The notes under the pieces are model-generated. The model saw only the letters and a program-made list of their open reading frames with translations. It was not told where the DNA came from and searched no databases. From the NCBI GenBank assembly GCA_963751275.1, contig CAVVTZ010000011.1, forward strand, positions 320,001-384,000: a stretch of 64,000 nucleotides of DNA, given 5' to 3'. Below, one piece after another: positions 58,856 through 64,000 of this stretch (the first letter of the stretch is position 1; each line of letters starts with the position of its first letter). The translations under genes and the position numbers were made by a program. This DNA comes from an uncultured Gemmatimonadaceae bacterium (GTDB taxonomy: Bacteria > Gemmatimonadota > Gemmatimonadetes > Gemmatimonadales > Gemmatimonadaceae).

Positions 58856-59209
58856 ATGCCCACCATCCGTGACCTCGTCGGTGTCCTCCGCCAGCGCGAA
58901 GGGGTCGAGGCCGCCGTCGTTCTGGGCCGCGATGGCCTGCTCATCGACAGCGACGTCCAGTCCGCGATCGACGCCGAGAGTCTGGCGGCGCTCGTCCCGC
59001 AGATCGTGGCCGCCGGCGATGAATTCGGCGCGCACGACGGGCGCGGCGCGCTGCAGACCGCGATCCTCGAGTACGGCCACGGCATCGCGGTGGTGTGCGT
59101 GCTCAATGCGGACGCGATCCTCCTCGTGCTCGCGCAACCCACGGCGAACCTGGGCCAGCTGCTGTTCGAACTGCGCCGCAACCGCGCGAACATCGCGGCG
59201 CTCGTCTGA
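58856..59209 (+). CDS. Roadblock/LC7 domain protein (MglB/MglC-like)
   Basis: EGVEAAVVLGRDGLLID..ANLGQLLFEL; 117 aa; SD GGAG. Confidence 0.88.
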   Translation: MPTIRDLVGVLRQREGVEAAVVLGRDGLLIDSDVQSAIDAESLAALVPQIVAAGDEFGAHDGRGALQTAILEYGHGIAVVCVLNADAILLVLAQPTANLGQLLFELRRNRANIAALV

Positions 59210-59213
59210 CCAG

Positions 59214-59630
59214 GTGCCCGACCCCGCCGGCCGGCTCCGCGTGCTCGTGGCCGACGATGAACCGCACATCGGCCGCATCATCAAGATGAAGCTCGAGCAG
59301 GGACCGTTCGACGTGACGCTCGCCTATGACGGACAAGAAGCGCTGACCGCCGCCGAGGATTCGCCGGGCCTCGCACTCGTATTGCTGGATGTGATGATGC
59401 CGAAGATGAGCGGGCTGGATGTTCTCGCCCAGCTCCGCCAGAACGAGCGCCTGAAGACCGTGCCTTGCATCATCCTCACCGCCGCCGGCCAGGAGCAGCA
59501 CTACCGCCAGGCGATCGCCCTCGGCGCGAACGACTTCCTCACGAAGCCCTTCAGTCCCAAGAAACTGTACGCGCGCGTGGCCGAACTCACGGGCGTCGCC
59601 CCCGAAGGGCCCGAGGACCAGCCGTCGTGA
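59214..59630 (+). CDS. Single-domain response regulator
   Basis: VLVADDE, LLDVMMP, ILTA, FLTKPFSP. Confidence 0.93.
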   Translation: MPDPAGRLRVLVADDEPHIGRIIKMKLEQGPFDVTLAYDGQEALTAAEDSPGLALVLLDVMMPKMSGLDVLAQLRQNERLKTVPCIILTAAGQEQHYRQAIALGANDFLTKPFSPKKLYARVAELTGVAPEGPEDQPS

Positions 59631-60664
59631 GCCGCTGGGCCGTGATCCTGGCGGGCGGCGTGGGCTCCCGCTTCTGGCCGCTGAGCACGCCGGCGCGCCC
59701 CAAGCAGCTGCTGCCGCTCGTGACCGACTCGCCGCTGCTGGCCGACACCGTGGCGCGGCTCGCCCCACTCGTGCCGGCGGAGCGCACGCTGATCATCACG
59801 AACGCGTCGCTCGCGCCGGCGGTGGCGAAGCTCCTGCCCTCGCTGCCCGCGGAGAACATCATCGCGGAGCCGCGCTCGGCGGGCACGGCGCCGGCGCTCA
59901 CGTGGGCCGCGCTCGAGATCGCCCGGCGCGACGGATCGGGAGCGACGATGATCTGCGTGCACGCCGACTGGGCGATCGGCGATGCCGACGGATTCCGGAA
60001 GGCGCTCGATGCCGCGGCGACCGTCGCGGAATCGTCGGGCAGTCTGGTGACGGTGGGCGTCGTGCCGTCGCGTCCCGATCCGGGCTTCGGCTACATCCGC
60101 GCGGCCGAGGAAGCGCGCGGCGGCGCGCGGCGTGTCGCCAAGTTCATCGAGAAGCCCGATCGAGCCACGGCCGAGACGCTGGTGCGTGAGGGATGTCTCT
60201 GGAATTCCGGGATCTTCGTGTGGGGCGCGGGCGACTTCCTCACGGAAGTGCGCCTGCACTGCCCCGAAGTCACGAAGGCGCTGCCGCACTCGGAGCCGGA
60301 TGAGATCGCGGCGTTCTTCGCCGCGTGCACACCGATCTCCGTGGATCACGGCGTGCTCGAGCGGAGCCGGCGCGTGCTGGTGCTCCCCGGCGATTTCGGG
60401 TGGGATGACGTGGGCACGTGGGCCGCGCTCCACCGCGTGCGCGCGAAGGATGCCGCGGGGAACGCCGTCGCGGGCGACGTGCATCTGCTGGACGCGCGGG
60501 AGAATGTCGTGCACGCCGAGGGGCAGACCGTCGTGGCATACGGCGTGGAGGGGCTCGTGATCGTGGCGCGCAACGGCGTGACGCTCGTGACGACACGCGA
60601 GCGCGCGGCCGATCTCAAGACGTTGCTCGACGCGCTGCCGCCGGCGGTCCGCGACCGCGCATGA
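59627..60664 (+). CDS. manC: Mannose-1-phosphate guanylyltransferase
   Basis: ILAGGVGSRFWPLS..PKQLL, FGYI, FIEKP, WNSGIF, WDDVGTW. Confidence 0.9.
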   Translation: MSRWAVILAGGVGSRFWPLSTPARPKQLLPLVTDSPLLADTVARLAPLVPAERTLIITNASLAPAVAKLLPSLPAENIIAEPRSAGTAPALTWAALEIARRDGSGATMICVHADWAIGDADGFRKALDAAATVAESSGSLVTVGVVPSRPDPGFGYIRAAEEARGGARRVAKFIEKPDRATAETLVREGCLWNSGIFVWGAGDFLTEVRLHCPEVTKALPHSEPDEIAAFFAACTPISVDHGVLERSRRVLVLPGDFGWDDVGTWAALHRVRAKDAAGNAVAGDVHLLDARENVVHAEGQTVVAYGVEGLVIVARNGVTLVTTRERAADLKTLLDALPPAVRDRA

Positions 60665-61879
60665 CGGCGCTCTACCTGTACGACGACGCGCGCGCGCGCG
60701 CGTTCGAACCATTCGCGCTCACGCGGCCGGCGAGCGAGCTGCGTGCGGGCACCGCGATCATCCGGGAGCAATGGGAGATGGCGCTCGGCACGATCGATGC
60801 GCGCGCCGCCGGCGCGATCACGGCCGCGCATCTTGCCGACTTCTCCGAGGCGGGCGCGCCGCCGGCCGCGCGTGGCGTGGTGCCGGCCGGCGCGATCATC
60901 GCGAACAGCCGCTTCGCCGCATCGCTCACGCCGGCGCCCTTCGCGAAGGACGCGGCGGCGTGGACGAGCGGCGGGCGGACTTCCGCGGTGCGCATCGCGA
61001 AGGACGTGCCGCTCGCGGCGTTCACGAACGGGAGCGCGACGCTCGAATCACTCGCCGTCGCCGGCGCTCCCACGAGCGAGATCGGCGGCCGCTGGCTGGA
61101 TGAGGTGTGGCATCTCGATCACCACGCTGTTGCCGACGCTGCGCGAGGACATCAATGCGATCGGCCCGACGTTCACGGGTACAGCGGTCGATCAGGCGAC
61201 CGTGATCGGCCCGCATCCCGTGTACGTGGAGGAGGGCGCGACGATCGAACCGCTCGTGGTGTTCGACGTCAGTGCCGGCCCGGTGATGGTGCGCGCGGGA
61301 TCTGTTGTGCGCGCGTTCACCCGCCTCGCGGGACCGTGCGCCGTGGGCGCCGACAGTCAGATCCTGGGCGACCGTGTATCTGGCTGTTCGATCGGCGACC
61401 AATGCGTCGTGCGCGGCGAGATCAGCGAGAGCATCGTGATCGGGCACGCGAACAAAGGGCACGAAGGTTTCGTCGGCCACTCGGTGCTCGGCCGGTGGGT
61501 GAACCTGGGCGCCGGCACGATCACGAGCAACCTGAAGAACAGCTACGGCACCGTGTCGCTCTGGACGCCGGAGGGCGTGCGCGACACCGGGACCGTGAAG
61601 CTCGGCACGTTCTTTGGCGACCACGTGAAGACCGGGATCGGCGCGCGGCTCACCACCGGCTCGGTGATCGGCGCGGGGTCGAACATCTACGGCAGCGTGA
61701 TGCCGCCGCGCCATGTGCCGCCCTTCTCGTGGGGAGACGGCGACGCGCTGGCAGAGTACCGCCTCGAGGAATTCTTGAAGACCACCGAGCGCGCGATGAG
61801 CCGGCGATCGGTCACGCTGAGCGACAGCATGCGCCGGCAGCTCACCGCGGCGCATGCGTTAACGCGGCGCCGCGGCTAG
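60661..61879 (+). CDS. GlmU-like putative sugar nucleotidyltransferase/acetyltransferase (apparent frameshift near 61115)
   Basis: FEPFALTRPASELRAG N-terminus; hexapeptide repeats with NKGHEGFVGHSVLGRWVNLGAGT..SNLKN. Confidence 0.85.
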
Positions 61880-63258
61880 CTCCAGTCCCGACGGCGCAGC
61901 GGAGGCGCGCAGCCACGCCGCCGCCCGCTCCCCGCAGCGTACGGCGTTCACGGCCGCGTCGGCGAATCCGATCGCGCGCAACCCGTAGCCCGTGATGAAC
62001 AATCCGGGCATCGCATCCACGGCGCGCTCGATGCGCTCCACGCGCTGCACGTGGCCGAGTTCGTACTGCGGGATGGCGCGCGGCCAACGCTGGATCGCCT
62101 GCATCACCGGCGCGGCGGTGATCCCGTACACGCGTGCGATCTCCGCGCGCGCGAGCGCCACCAGTTCGGCCTCGCGTCATCGCGCCGGCGTCCGGATCCA
62201 CGCCGCCGCCGAACATCGCGCGGATGAGCACGCTGCCCTGCGGACTCCGCCCGGGATAGAAGCGGCTCTCCCACAAGTTGCCGAGGGCGCGCAGTCCTTC
62301 GCCGCGCGCGATGAGCGCGCCGAAGCCGTTCGGCACGCGCGCCGCCTCCGCAGCTCCGAAGCCAAGGCCGACCACCGACACCGGCGGGCACTTGATCGCG
62401 TCCAGCTCCGCCGCGAGCGCCGCGTCGAGCGGCCGGAGGAGCGGCGCGGCGGCGAACGGCTCGGCCGCGATGAGGACGGCGTCCGCCGGGATCATCTCGC
62501 GGTCACCTTCCACCACGACCGACCACCCCTGGTCCATGCGAACGATGGCACTCACCTTCGCGCCGAGCCGTACGCTGAACCCTCCGCGCGCCGCCACCGC
62601 CTCGGGAAAGCTCTGCATCCCGCGCCGGAAACTCGTGAGCGCGCCCGAGGTCGTCCTGCCCCGCTTCGCGATCATCCCGCGGATGATCGAACCGTGGTCG
62701 CGCTCGAGCGCGGTCATGCGCGGGAAGGCCGCTTCCACCGAGAGCGCACGCGCGTCGCCCGCGTAGATGCCGAGCGTCATGGGACGGATCATGCGGTCGG
62801 CCACCTGCGGCCCGAGCCGGCGCGCGGTGAAATCCCAGATCGATTCGTCGCCGCCGCCCGTGCGCCGCTTGATGAACGGTTCGCCCAACATCCGCAGCAC
62901 GCCGCCCACGCCGAGAATGCCGTTCCGGACGAGCGCGATGGGATTCGGCGCGACCTCCCGCATCGTGCCGTCGATCAGGATGAATCGGTGCGCCGCCGCG
63001 GCGTCGGCCGTGACGCGCTCCCCGTCCATGCCGCAGCTCGTGATGAGCCGGTCGACATCCGGGCGCCCCCCGAGGAATCCGCCGGGTCCCGCTTCCACCA
63101 GCCAGCCATCGCGCGCGATCGTGCGCGCCTTGCCGCCCACCTGCGGACTCGCGCTCGAGTACGAGGATCTCCGCCGCGGCCGCGCCCACCGACTGCCGCA
63201 CCGCCCACGCCGCCGCGAGCCCGCTGATCCCGCCGCCGATCACCACGATGCGCTTCAT
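61859..63258 (-). CDS. hemG: Protoporphyrinogen/coproporphyrinogen oxidase, HemY-type (apparent frameshifts near 63140 and 62175)
   Basis: IVVIGGGISGLAAA, GGK, EAGP, GIYAGD, AIPQYELGH. Confidence 0.9.
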
Positions 63259-63260
63259 GG

Positions 63261-64000
63261 TCACACCGTGCGGCTGAACACCGGCTTCGCGGCGCCCGCG
63301 TGCTTCTCGCGCTGATATCGGTCGAAGCACATCGCCAGGTTGCGCACGAACAGCTGGCCGACCGCCGTCGCCTCGATGCGCGCCGGCGTGACCGTGACCA
63401 TCCCTTCCCGCTCGTGCGGCGCGAGCGCCGAGAGATCCGACGCGAAGTATCCGGCGAAGTCGATGCCGAACTCGCGCTCGATCGCGCCGGTGTCCACGCG
63501 GAAGTTGCACATTAGCTCGTGGATCACCTTGAGCCGCACCGCATCGTCCGCGCTGCGCGCGACGCCGCGCGCCACCGGCAGCTTCCCCGCCGCGATCATC
63601 TCCTCGTACGTCGACAGCTTCTTCTCGTTCTGCACGTACGCGCCGCGCACGTCGCCGATGGCGGAGATCCCGAGGCCGAGCACATCATCGCCGGGGATCA
63701 CGGTGTAGCCCTGGAAGTTCCGGCGGAGCCGTCCCTCGCCGAGCGCGCGCGACAGCTCATCATCCGGCCGCGCGAAATGGTCCATCCCGATCGCCGTGTA
63801 CCCCGCCTTGAGGAATTTCTCCCGCGCGATCGCGAAGAGCGCGATCTTGGTCTCCGCGTCGGGGAGCTGGTCCTCTTCGAGCTTCTTCTGATTGCCGCGC
63901 ACCCACGGCACGAACGCGAACGAATACACCGCCGTGCGGTCCGCGCCCAGCGAGATCACGGAATCGATGGTGCGCTCGAAGCTCTCCGGCGTCTGCAGCG
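63261..64000 (-). CDS. hemN: Oxygen-independent coproporphyrinogen III oxidase (5' part outside the window)
   Basis: FAFVPW, GYTAIGMDHFA..DEL, LRRNFQGYT, GLGISAIG, QNEK, FVRNLAMCFD, FSRTV. Confidence 0.95.
   Translation of the reverse strand, partial: LQTPESFERTIDSVISLGADRTAVYSFAFVPWVRGNQKKLEEDQLPDAETKIALFAIAREKFLKAGYTAIGMDHFARPDDELSRALGEGRLRRNFQGYTVIPGDDVLGLGISAIGDVRGAYVQNEKKLSTYEEMIAAGKLPVARGVARSADDAVRLKVIHELMCNFRVDTGAIEREFGIDFAGYFASDLSALAPHEREGMVTVTPARIEATAVGQLFVRNLAMCFDRYQREKHAGAAKPVFSRTV

Overview
GC-rich bacterial chromosomal segment, most likely Gemmatimonadota/Gemmatimonadaceae (judged from the 16S 5' region and gene order; needs a database check). It is mostly core genes on the minus strand: clpC-mcsB-mcsA, lolD/lolE, lysS, prfB, era, one complete rRNA operon (16S-23S-5S, tRNA-less spacer), three tRNAs plus tRNA-Sec with selD, rph/rdgB, an envelope cluster (lptE, rfaE2, lpxH, murI, murA), fhs, secDF, the rimP-nusA-infB-rbfA-truB-ribF operon, gatCAB, pcrA, serS, hemN/hemG. 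A ~5.6 kb accessory-looking patch lies between the rRNA promoters and the tRNA cluster. Many essential genes carry 1-2 bp indels clustered at ~5.2-9.5 kb and ~53.6-57.4 kb, best explained as long-read assembly errors. Most notable: (i) two related ~160 bp long palindromes with compensatory arm changes that bracket pgeF-murA; (ii) a zinc-ribbon / Pro-Ala linker / RomX-like fusion protein next to a REC-GGDEF gene, plus an MglC/MglB-like roadblock gene elsewhere in the window, hinting at a Myxococcus-like polarity module; (iii) MurA with the Cys->Asp fosfomycin-resistance substitution. No CRISPR array, integrase or transposase was seen.
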